64,000 bases of DNA, taken from the NCBI GenBank assembly GCA_964643995.1, contig CAZXUJ010000003.1, forward strand, positions 349 through 64,348, read 5' to 3'. The position numbers and the translations under genes were made by a program. The stretch comes from an uncultured Candidatus Saccharibacteria bacterium. GTDB taxonomy: Bacteria; Patescibacteriota; WWE3; UBA101185; UBA10185. Under the pieces are notes generated by a model. It saw only the letters and a list, made by a program, of their open reading frames with translations. It was not told the origin of the DNA and did no database searches. Positions 56,201 to 64,000 of the stretch are shown here, piece after piece (position 1 is the first letter of the stretch; each line of letters begins with the position of its first letter).

Positions 56201-58787
56201 AATATTTGCCAGAGATGTGATACCAAGTGTTTGCAGAAAGATTAGCAGCGTCTGTGGTAGCATAATTGCTCGCAGACCCAATATACATTCTTATCTCATC
56301 TCCATATTGAGCTAAAAGATAGCTTTTATTGCTATCATTCCATTTTCCAGCAATACTAAATTGAGTAGCTGCTGTTACTGCTTCTGGTTTAATCCAGGCA
56401 GATATTGTCAGATCACCTGTTATTGACAAATTGGTGCTGTCAGGTACGCTTAGTGTATCGTTAGAGCCATCAAATTTGTATGCGTTTCCAAATTTTCCTT
56501 GTGTAGTGTTACTGTCCTGAATGTTTTGTGCGGTTGCTGTGTTTCCATATCCTGAGACATCATAGTAGTCTCTTTCATATTCAAAAGCTCTCCAGATTGG
56601 GTCATCAGTTTCTATAGATGATGATTCTCCTAGTGTCCCGTCATAGTTACTATCAGAGGTATCATTAACAACCTGTCCTGAACCTTCGTTAAGAGGATAA
56701 TATGCTATTAAAGTGGATGCTGTGTCAGTTACTCCGTTTGTATACAAAGTGGAAACTTCGTTTGAAGTTAAGGCAGTATTGTATATAGCAACATCCCTTA
56801 TCAAACCTTCATGAAATTGTTCCTCGGTAGTTGCCGCTGTTTTCGCAGCTCCTAGTGTCGACGGTTGTCTTGGATCAGTGTTAGAAATGGTTGCTGCCGT
56901 AACTGAGGCGCTTTCTGACGAATTGTTTATGTACAAGTAGTGTGTGTCGGCTACAGAGTCGTACACTGCTACCACGTGGTACCATGTGTCCTCAGAAAGT
57001 ACTGTATTACTATCCACCCAGGTAGTGAAGCTATCACCATCAGCACCCCTACCTGCAAAGAGCAGTTTATTATCAGTATCTATTGCTACCTTTACTCTGG
57101 TAAGATCTGATGTTGCCCCTCTTATTTCTTCATATAACGTTCTTCTTGTGCTGTCTAAGTTGGTAGTATAAAACCATAGTGACACACTATATCGGGTGAG
57201 ATTTTTCACTGTAGTTGTGGTGGGCAATTCTATAAAATCATCCGTACCATCAAATAGCACTCCACCGTCTACATATGTCTTTGTTTGCGTATCTTCGAAG
57301 TCGTAATGGGCTACTGGTCCCGGTGCCCACCTGTATAAATTAGTGATTTCTTCTGGGGTCAATGCCCTGTTATATATTCTTGTTTCATCAAGAACGCCAG
57401 CGAAATCAGTACTACCCCCGGAGTTTGTGCCTATTCTCAAAGTGCCTGTATTTGCAAGCATTGCAGTGGTTTCATCAGCTTCATAATTTAGAACACCATT
57501 TATATAAATCCGCACTTTTTCACCGTCATAGGTGGCTGCCACGTGTGTCCACGTACTATTGCTTATGCTTGAATTCGCAGTATGTGTAACGGTTGCGCCG
57601 TTATAAAGCTTGAACTGTGGTGTTGCAACAAATGCACTTGTCGAAAAGTCGAGTCCATAATTTAGTTCTGTTGCAGAACCTCCCTTATATACCACAACAT
57701 CATTGTTGTCATCGTTGTCGCGATTCAACCAAGTTGCTATGGTTACCTCAGTGGTTGTATCTAGACTATTATTATCACTCACTTCAACATAATTAGCTGA
57801 TGTCGTCGTGACACCGTGCCCAAACTTTCCGGTCGAATTCATTGTAGTCGACCCATTCCAGGCACCGTCATTGCTATTGCCTGAATAGTCGCAAGAATCA
57901 TTTGTGCCGCCAGAACAGGTGTTTTGACCACCTTCATTAAACCTCCAGTAACCGACAAGTCCATTGGATATATAATTTCTGGTGAAGTCTCCAAATGTTG
58001 CTGAGGGTGTATCCTCAGGTACCCCAGGTATCATATCAGCTTTAATCTGGGCAGCTGTTTTTACTTCTCTGTGAACCTTTATTTCATCAAGATACCCATG
58101 CCAACTATTAGATGCCCCGTCTGAGTCAATGCCAACATACAAAGGTGCGGAATTAACTAATGTACCTGTTTCCACAAGACTCGTATCTGAATCTATTAGA
58201 ATGCCGTCCACATATAGGTATATCCCTGTAGTTCCATCCTTCACAGCTGCAAAATGGTGCCAACGATTATCATCATAGTTTTTGCTTTGGTCATCCCCAA
58301 CAACATCGGTGGTGTTCCAAAAGCTGTCATCATCAATCGCAAAGGCGATATCCCCATCACTATCCATGTATACAGCATAACCTCCAGCCACACCATCTCC
58401 GTACTTAGCTGCTATGATGTCTGTATTCGTAGATATTTCTGGATGCCTAAACCACCCCATGATAGTGAAGTCATCACTCGCTGCAAAATCAAGGTTTGCA
58501 TTGTCTGCTATTTCTATAAAGTCTCCGCTTCCATCAAAGTACATGCATTTACTAGTTCGGCACATCTCATCCGTTTTCCATTGTGCATTCGTTATTGTTC
58601 CGTCACTTACTGTCCCCGATGTGTCTACAACACTTGAACCATACCCCTCATTTAAAGCAAGGTGTAAGGCAGCAGCTTCAGTGTCTCTAGGATCTTTTTG
58701 ACGTATTACTAGTATTGGTACTAACACGACCATGAGGCCAACAATCAGAGGCACTAGTGTTTTTCTTAGTTTCTTAATTTTTTTCAT
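53277..58787 (-). CDS. Giant multi-LamG (concanavalin A-like) surface protein
   Basis: N-terminal signal/TM; about 7 repeats of W..DE..G / FDG..D / WHHV / F.G.IDE.RIY motifs. Confidence 0.9.
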   Translation of the reverse strand: MKKIKKLRKTLVPLIVGLMVVLVPILVIRQKDPRDTEAAALHLALNEGYGSSVVDTSGTVSDGTITNAQWKTDEMCRTSKCMYFDGSGDFIEIADNANLDFAASDDFTIMGWFRHPEISTNTDIIAAKYGDGVAGGYAVYMDSDGDIAFAIDDDSFWNTTDVVGDDQSKNYDDNRWHHFAAVKDGTTGIYLYVDGILIDSDTSLVETGTLVNSAPLYVGIDSDGASNSWHGYLDEIKVHREVKTAAQIKADMIPGVPEDTPSATFGDFTRNYISNGLVGYWRFNEGGQNTCSGGTNDSCDYSGNSNDGAWNGSTTMNSTGKFGHGVTTTSANYVEVSDNNSLDTTTEVTIATWLNRDNDDNNDVVVYKGGSATELNYGLDFSTSAFVATPQFKLYNGATVTHTANSSISNSTWTHVAATYDGEKVRIYINGVLNYEADETTAMLANTGTLRIGTNSGGSTDFAGVLDETRIYNRALTPEEITNLYRWAPGPVAHYDFEDTQTKTYVDGGVLFDGTDDFIELPTTTTVKNLTRYSVSLWFYTTNLDSTRRTLYEEIRGATSDLTRVKVAIDTDNKLLFAGRGADGDSFTTWVDSNTVLSEDTWYHVVAVYDSVADTHYLYINNSSESASVTAATISNTDPRQPSTLGAAKTAATTEEQFHEGLIRDVAIYNTALTSNEVSTLYTNGVTDTASTLIAYYPLNEGSGQVVNDTSDSNYDGTLGESSSIETDDPIWRAFEYERDYYDVSGYGNTATAQNIQDSNTTQGKFGNAYKFDGSNDTLSVPDSTNLSITGDLTISAWIKPEAVTAATQFSIAGKWNDSNKSYLLAQYGDEIRMYIGSASNYATTDAANLSANTWYHISGKYSASAQTIEVFVNGVEKAATVTGTIPSSISDASNMLYIGTDVTLGGATGSLDLTIAAGTDDVAYNDIAYDDTATTGPVGGVGTSPNASYGQGFRFNNVTLTRGAEITSAYLTLMKDGAESTNVCWRLTAIEEDDTATFSSGSPPGARAIVNEYIAAETVNSSHSNNTAYSYPTSTGLRTMLGLAITQVVGRAGWASGNDLAIVNNSDQDNSACESSAREVYRMYDYGTPATNAPKLHIDYAMPDTYTNQFVGTMDEIKIYNYVRTDTQSIEDMNGGHPAGGSPIASQVVYYKMEELQGTTLNNENSSQAAIVGALTPAPAWRTGSNCKVNGCLDFNGTGDRVLVTNTTAIDLNEGLNDGFTFSSWVYIDSDGENDVGQIIYKGGNTYLRTSNESGGLVDIDVSLDLATSDATLTITDGATIGSWTYIAVTYSNDSDDEVSVWIDGELRGTSTNGSGDPAAESDDLSIGGTSTANFDGRMDEFKIYSSELTSSEIRVDYNIGSGINFGVGTDEQSNLLNGFGSGPTGWFRFDENTGTSTTYDVSTRANNGTLNSTAWVPGVFGSALDFDGSSSNVNIGNLSDYTIADTDDFSFSFWVNRDTFTTDDTIFSKRAGTSATQGGYGIGLTASTDVVYVEVSDGTDEFSFTGTTAITSTGWNHIVVVFDQDSATNSQIYVNGLEDKAGTTGTIANVGDLTTSQSARIGLLGVASAPFDGKIDEVKFFRYALTRDQVAYEYNRGQGEGWWRLDEGTGTTIYDASAKGLNGTLTIGASGSNTTTATAWSNGASGKINGSIDLDGTDDYFQVADSNPNDLYDQYDFSVSMWINRQSSTTTDVLISKRNNLSASSNGYAVVLDATTDTLFAEIADGTDEFSVTGTTAITSSGWQHVVFVFDQDNDTNSTIYLNGVPDKASTSGTIANIGDSVNVLPMRIGAHAGSTPADYFDGMIDDVRIFRYPLTEDQVRQLYNENASVRFNE

Positions 58788-61700
58788 TTAGGTTAAGAAT
58801 CCACCAATCAAAGCTTACGTCTTGGAGTAGGGGACTATCAATTTTGACTTTGAAGCTTGTGTTATCTATCTTCTCCGTTACGTACAATGCTTCACCGCCG
58901 GTACTGGTCTTTGCAGTTACAAATATCTTTGAGGTATTTTTCACAGCTGCGTTAGTGATCACTATTTCATTTTGCCCCGCAGTAATTATACCTTCGCCAA
59001 CTAGAGTTGAGGTGTCGTTTAAGACAAATTCGTTAGCAACAACCTTGTTCGCTTCTAGTGTACCAGTAGTACTAATTGTTCCGTCAGGTAGTAAAACAAT
59101 CTTGCCATCAAAAAAGTCTACGTTTCCGCTTAGCCCCTTCTGTATGAATAGTGCTTGGCTACCACATAATGCTTGGTTTAAGCCTGTTAGTTCACCGTAG
59201 CATGTGGGTCCAACAACGTCTACTGAATTCTCTAAGGAGTTTATTTGAATTAACCCCACACCAAGATCACCAGTGATTTGAACATTGTTAAGTGTAGAAT
59301 CTCCAAGTACAACCATATCTGAGGCAACACTCAAAATGTCATTACCTTCTGCGTCTGTTTCACTAGTTATACCTAGGGCGGCAATAAAGCTTTGGAATGA
59401 AGAGAATGTATCGAGCATTTGAGTTAACATTGCAGTTACATCCATTGATGCGCTTGCTTCAGTTGATTCTGATGATTCGTTTGTTTCTCCTAATATTGTG
59501 TTTATAGCATCTATCTGTGCTTGCAAGTTAGTGTCATTGTTTTCTAGTGTTTCAACTCTGCTCTCGATTGTTGTACTTATACCTGCGACTACTTCTTGAG
59601 TTGCCTCCTCAACGTTTGTGCTTATTAATGTACTCAAGTTCTCATATTGAGCCGATAAATTACCAAGCTCATCTAGCTGCAGTGCTAGATTGTCGGCTGT
59701 ATACCAACCCGTGTTTATAAACATCATTATCTTTTCATTACCACTACCTGGATTCCATGCTTCAAGAGCTTGACCTATTATTCTTCCTGTTTGAGTTGCC
59801 TTCATTGCTTTTCCTGCCTGGTCTGAAGAGGTTAAGTAATCTCCTGGTTCTATAGTCTCTGAGTTTGCTGATATTTTGACTGGTACTCGTCCTGCCAATC
59901 CAACTAGATAGTTATCTTCGGAATCTGGTCCGCCTAAGATTAATCCTGGTTTCGTAGATACTACGCCGATTGCGCTAGTTTGGTAGGCAACGTTTGATCT
60001 AATCACTTTTTCAGTTTGAGTTGGATCAATGGCTACAACATCACCTACATCGAGTGTTTCGTTGCTGACAAAGTACTCTGCTAAGTCTTGCCCTCCATCT
60101 GTAGAGTCGTCCATCCAACCTAATAAGTTCCAATCAGTCCCATCATAAATCCAAGTTAGCATATCGCCATCAGCACAAACTATATCTGTGCTACCACCAT
60201 TTAACCCAGATGCAGTTACATCAAATGTAACAGCCGAATCGCACTGTACGACGAGCATATGCCCGGCATTAAGTGTCCCGGAACCTGCGTCAAAATCAGT
60301 TATTGTAGCAGTTCCAGCAGTATTAAAGTATGAACCGCCAGATACGTCCGGTGTGGTGTCTGCAGCAGTAAATGTGGCGTATGTATCTAGCGACACAGCT
60401 CCTTGGAACGTTGCATATCCAGTTGCGGGTATGTCAAATATTATGTCACCAGAATTGTATGTTTTTAATGTTAAGTTGCTGCTTTCAAATGATTCCCCGG
60501 CAATAATAGACATCGGGCCATAGCTCTCAATTTGGCTACTAGTTTGGTTAGTTAGGACAATGTCGTATGCAATACTTACATCTCCTGCCGCCGTGAACTC
60601 ATGTGGAAGGGCAGAGGTGATTATTGATTCTTTGACTGAGAATAAGTTCGAGTTTGTATCCGTAACAGTGAATAACCTTCCTGTAGTCGTCCCGTTTGCT
60701 CCTATATTTATTTGGAATAGGTCTCCTGTTGCTGCTGTTGCGGATCCTGGCTCCCATTCTACTAATCCTATATTGCCCGAGAATGATGTACTCGTGGTGG
60801 TAGATTGTAATTTAAAGCCATCGCCAGTAGTTAAGGCATCAACTGAGATACCCATACCCCTCCCCGTTGTGACGGAATCAAATGCTCCAAGTAGCGCAGT
60901 ACCTATTACTGTGGCTGAAGAAATTAACATTCTACTTGTACCGTATGTAACGAGCTCTAGCCGATCATCCGTTGTCTCATCATAAGCAAGTGTCCAATCT
61001 TGATCCAATCCAAATGACAACCCATTGTCATCACCTAAAAATAACTGTTCCCATTCTGCAGTTGCAGAACCTAAGGAGTTGCCCTCAGCCGCCCCTGGGG
61101 TTAAGTTTGTAGTATTTAGCCGTAGCTCTGTTGAGGCACCTGTTGTAAATGTAAGCGTATCTGCTGTTGCTTCACCTAAGTCAATAGATTCACCACTTAC
61201 GCCAGAAATGTCTCCACCGCTTACAGTCAAATCCCCAGTCACTGTTGCATTACCATCGCTACCATTATCGGTTAGAGTGAATAAATCGTTGCCTGAAGTG
61301 TCCTCAAAAGTCCACACAGTAGACGAGGATGAGAATTGCCTTATGCCATCGCCCAAAATGAAATTCTGTCCAGAATTTAGCGCATTAACTATATTTGCGT
61401 TTGATACATCTAGTGCATCTGTTATGTCCAAATCCGTACTGCTTGTTGAGTCTATTAATATGGCGTCTGTGACAGCAGCAATAGTATTTTCCGCATTTAC
61501 TAGTTTCAAGAGTGCTTCATATGATCCTGCAGCAGCATTGGCAGTTGCAGAGCTTATTATTATTGTTCCAAATACATCACCATCGGCATCGTTTGCAGCT
61601 AATGTGATGTTTTGAGCAATAACATCTGTAGCTGTCGTTGCGCCGTTGCTTTGGGCAATATTGATATCTGCGCCTATAACTGCCGCGTTACCTGCAACAA

Positions 61701-64000
61701 CATTGATATCCAAGGCACCAGTTGTTCCTAAGAAGGTATTGGTGGCGTTATCAATAAACAGACTTGATGCGGTTTGGCTTGCTACACCCAGTACCTCAAG
61801 CCCAATGTCTCCGGTTTCTCCTACTGCTAGTCTCAGTCTATCAGTTGCAGTTGTGTAGTCGATTATTCCGCCGGACGATGTGAACGGGCTTGAACCCCCA
61901 GTTGCAAGGTTAACCCATCCGGAGTTGTCTCCGTCGTCAGTTTTTACGTATAGAGTACCGTTTGTGGTATCCATAGATATAGCTCCGGTATTTGCAGTTA
62001 AGCTTCCTTCAGGTGAACCTGCTGTGTTATACAACCCCCACGCATCCGTACCATCATTAAATCCAATCCATTGTCCAGCAGAGGATCGTGTGAAAGACGC
62101 TGCCGTAGCAGATCCAGAGGAGAGGGAAATGGTGTCTCCTGAGTAGGTTCCAGTTATAGCTAAGTCACCTGCATTAGCGTTATCTGTTAAGGTAAGTAAG
62201 TCATTTCCTGAGGTGTCTTCGAAGGTTATAACCCCACTCGAACTCTCGAATATCCTAGTTGCATCCAGCACTGCAAAATTTGTACCTAAGTTTATAGCGT
62301 TGATAATTTCTGCATCACTTACATCTAGTGCATCTACTATCGAATCGTTGGTTGTTGCTCTTATTAGCAGTGCATCGGTTAAATCAATATCTGTAGCTTG
62401 GAGGTTTTCAATTAGTACTCCAGTATTTACTACTTGAGTTCCTGCATCTTCTGCAACTACAGCTATGCCATAAGTTGTTGATGTAGCATCGTTAACTGTC
62501 AAGCCAATATAGTCACCATATACAGTAGGGGAGTGTCCTGCATCTGAGTCCACGGTAATGTCATTCTTTACACTGTATGTGGTAATGTCTGTCGCAGCAT
62601 CTTCGATTTGGTAGTCAATGCTTATACCTTTATTGGTTGAAGTTATGGTGTCAACGTCAAGGTTTATTACGCCGGTTGTACTGATGTTATCGGAGGTTAC
62701 AGCATCTATCTCAAATGTACTTGCAGAAAGAAGATCGAATGTTACAGCGCCGTCTACATCTAGTAACGCATCTGGCGTTGAGTCCCCAATTCCGACATTG
62801 CCCGTGCTGTCAACCGTTAACAAGTCCCCATCCGCGGCGGCAGTCGAACTGAGTAGAAGTAATTTTTGTACGCCAATTTTTGCAATTTCGAAAGTTGCTC
62901 CTGGCGAGTTGTCGTTAAGCCCTACTGACCCCGTATGTTTTACAAGCAGATAGGGATTTGTACCAATATAGATATCACTCCCAGCGCGACCGCCAAAAAA
63001 GTAATTATCAGTTCCGCTGAGATTAATAGCGTTAGCAGCTGTTCCACTACTATCTTTTATCCTGTATCCATAATTATTGCTCAACAACACATAGCCATTC
63101 GCAATTTCTAACTTTGCCCCTGGACTAGATGCCCCAATTCCCAAATCACCTTCAATAATCATATTATTAGCTCCTGGGTCATTGTTTACAAAAGTAGCTC
63201 CTAGAGCTACTCCTCCAGATGCTCTTAAATTTAATCTTTCAGTCATTGCAAACGCATCAGTTCCAGTGTGAAATCCTAATCGACCTGAACTTGATCTTAG
63301 TGCAAAATTTTTTGAACCAACTGCAGCGTTATTATCAGATATATACAAGTAGCTGTCTGTGGAGGATAAATGAAGTAGTCCTTGTGGAGAAGCTGTGCCA
63401 ATACCTACAAAACCTCCCATAAATGCAGCTGCATACTCATTACCTTCACCTCCAGCATCTGCGTCTGCATTGACATAAAGTCCGGTAATGGTTGATGTTG
63501 CATCGTCGTTGTCTGCTGCTATATACAAACCATACCCTGTAGAACTATTCCCGGCATCTGTATCTATAGTCTGATTTATTCTTGCCCCATATGCGGTTAT
63601 ACCAGCTGAATCGCGAATTATATGATCAATGTTCAAGCCAATGTTTGTATTTGTAACTGTATCTACATTGAGGTCAAAAACCCCATCTGTCGTTGTATTG
63701 TCTGTTGTAGCTGCATCTATTCCAAGAGTTCCGGCTGCTGGGAAAGTGATATCAATAGTTGAGTCATCATCAAAGGACACAAATGTGGTTGCGCCATCTC
63801 TGATATCGAATATACCAGACGAATCCAAGTCTATTGTTAGGTTGCTTGTTCCAAGGTTTATATCAGTTGTTTCGTCAACATCTAGTGTGTTTTCAAATTC
63901 TGCGAAATCCAAGCAGTCCGTACATGTGAAGTCTGTGGCGGTCAAGGTGGCATCTACTTGTAAACCACCGTCGATTTCCAAAAAGCCTTGGATGTAAAGA
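58774..64000 (-). CDS. Giant tail-fibre-like protein with intramolecular-chaperone (peptidase G2-like) domain; 5' end lies outside the window
   Basis: Frame stays open to the window edge (LYIQGFLEID); GNVGIG.S.P repeats; DLAEYF...GVVSTKPG...LAGRVPVK..PGDYLTSSD..GKAMKA..GRIIGQALE; coiled coil; ends FDWWILN. Confidence 0.85.
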   Translation of the reverse strand, partial: LYIQGFLEIDGGLQVDATLTATDFTCTDCLDFAEFENTLDVDETTDINLGTSNLTIDLDSSGIFDIRDGATTFVSFDDDSTIDITFPAAGTLGIDAATTDNTTTDGVFDLNVDTVTNTNIGLNIDHIIRDSAGITAYGARINQTIDTDAGNSSTGYGLYIAADNDDATSTITGLYVNADADAGGEGNEYAAAFMGGFVGIGTASPQGLLHLSSTDSYLYISDNNAAVGSKNFALRSSSGRLGFHTGTDAFAMTERLNLRASGGVALGATFVNNDPGANNMIIEGDLGIGASSPGAKLEIANGYVLLSNNYGYRIKDSSGTAANAINLSGTDNYFFGGRAGSDIYIGTNPYLLVKHTGSVGLNDNSPGATFEIAKIGVQKLLLLSSTAAADGDLLTVDSTGNVGIGDSTPDALLDVDGAVTFDLLSASTFEIDAVTSDNISTTGVINLDVDTITSTNKGISIDYQIEDAATDITTYSVKNDITVDSDAGHSPTVYGDYIGLTVNDATSTTYGIAVVAEDAGTQVVNTGVLIENLQATDIDLTDALLIRATTNDSIVDALDVSDAEIINAINLGTNFAVLDATRIFESSSGVITFEDTSGNDLLTLTDNANAGDLAITGTYSGDTISLSSGSATAASFTRSSAGQWIGFNDGTDAWGLYNTAGSPEGSLTANTGAISMDTTNGTLYVKTDDGDNSGWVNLATGGSSPFTSSGGIIDYTTATDRLRLAVGETGDIGLEVLGVASQTASSLFIDNATNTFLGTTGALDINVVAGNAAVIGADINIAQSNGATTATDVIAQNITLAANDADGDVFGTIIISSATANAAAGSYEALLKLVNAENTIAAVTDAILIDSTSSTDLDITDALDVSNANIVNALNSGQNFILGDGIRQFSSSSTVWTFEDTSGNDLFTLTDNGSDGNATVTGDLTVSGGDISGVSGESIDLGEATADTLTFTTGASTELRLNTTNLTPGAAEGNSLGSATAEWEQLFLGDDNGLSFGLDQDWTLAYDETTDDRLELVTYGTSRMLISSATVIGTALLGAFDSVTTGRGMGISVDALTTGDGFKLQSTTTSTSFSGNIGLVEWEPGSATAATGDLFQINIGANGTTTGRLFTVTDTNSNLFSVKESIITSALPHEFTAAGDVSIAYDIVLTNQTSSQIESYGPMSIIAGESFESSNLTLKTYNSGDIIFDIPATGYATFQGAVSLDTYATFTAADTTPDVSGGSYFNTAGTATITDFDAGSGTLNAGHMLVVQCDSAVTFDVTASGLNGGSTDIVCADGDMLTWIYDGTDWNLLGWMDDSTDGGQDLAEYFVSNETLDVGDVVAIDPTQTEKVIRSNVAYQTSAIGVVSTKPGLILGGPDSEDNYLVGLAGRVPVKISANSETIEPGDYLTSSDQAGKAMKATQTGRIIGQALEAWNPGSGNEKIMMFINTGWYTADNLALQLDELGNLSAQYENLSTLISTNVEEATQEVVAGISTTIESRVETLENNDTNLQAQIDAINTILGETNESSESTEASASMDVTAMLTQMLDTFSSFQSFIAALGITSETDAEGNDILSVASDMVVLGDSTLNNVQITGDLGVGLIQINSLENSVDVVGPTCYGELTGLNQALCGSQALFIQKGLSGNVDFFDGKIVLLPDGTISTTGTLEANKVVANEFVLNDTSTLVGEGIITAGQNEIVITNAAVKNTSKIFVTAKTSTGGEALYVTEKIDNTSFKVKIDSPLLQDVSFDWWILNLNEKN

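Noticed and set aside
58774-64000. Prophage tail module
   Set aside because: No terminase, capsid, integrase or other phage genes in the window; the gene is coupled to a signal-peptide LamG protein.
1-64000. Genome-wide stop-codon reassignment
   Set aside because: Conserved genes are uninterrupted and end with TAA, TAG or TGA under the standard bacterial code; internal stops were seen only in two mini-ORFs.

Overview
A 64-kb chromosomal segment of an AT-rich bacterium read with the standard code. The gene repertoire points to a Patescibacteria/CPR organism, probably WWE3/Microgenomates-like (inference): 4-domain S1, minimal ComEC, GH57/glgA/galT cluster, sortases, FemABX, giant LamG and fibre proteins. 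It carries housekeeping genes (rpsA, clpC-radA-yacL, rho, obgE, argS, ndk, rplJ-rplL with an L10 leader, tRNA-Ala/Ser/Arg), a competence cluster (dprA-comM-arsR-comEA-comEC), a surface-glycosylation cluster, two sortases with one LPETG substrate, a TA island, a glycogen-type cluster and two coupled giant surface proteins at the right end. The most notable unexplained features are: (1) a membrane-anchored MerR-like regulator whose outer domain matches the C-terminal domain of the giant autocleaving fibre protein; (2) GC-rich, strong Shine-Dalgarno, hairpin-flanked orphan genes with Chloroflexi-type motifs inside a largely leaderless genome; (3) a ~175-nt rod hairpin that sequesters the SD/AUG of a poly-Gln mini-ORF with an in-frame amber codon; (4) several unannotated structured RNAs, including a pseudoknotted RNA after tRNA-Arg and three G-U-rich hairpins sharing a GGGCAG apex. 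All calls are by eye; no searches were run.
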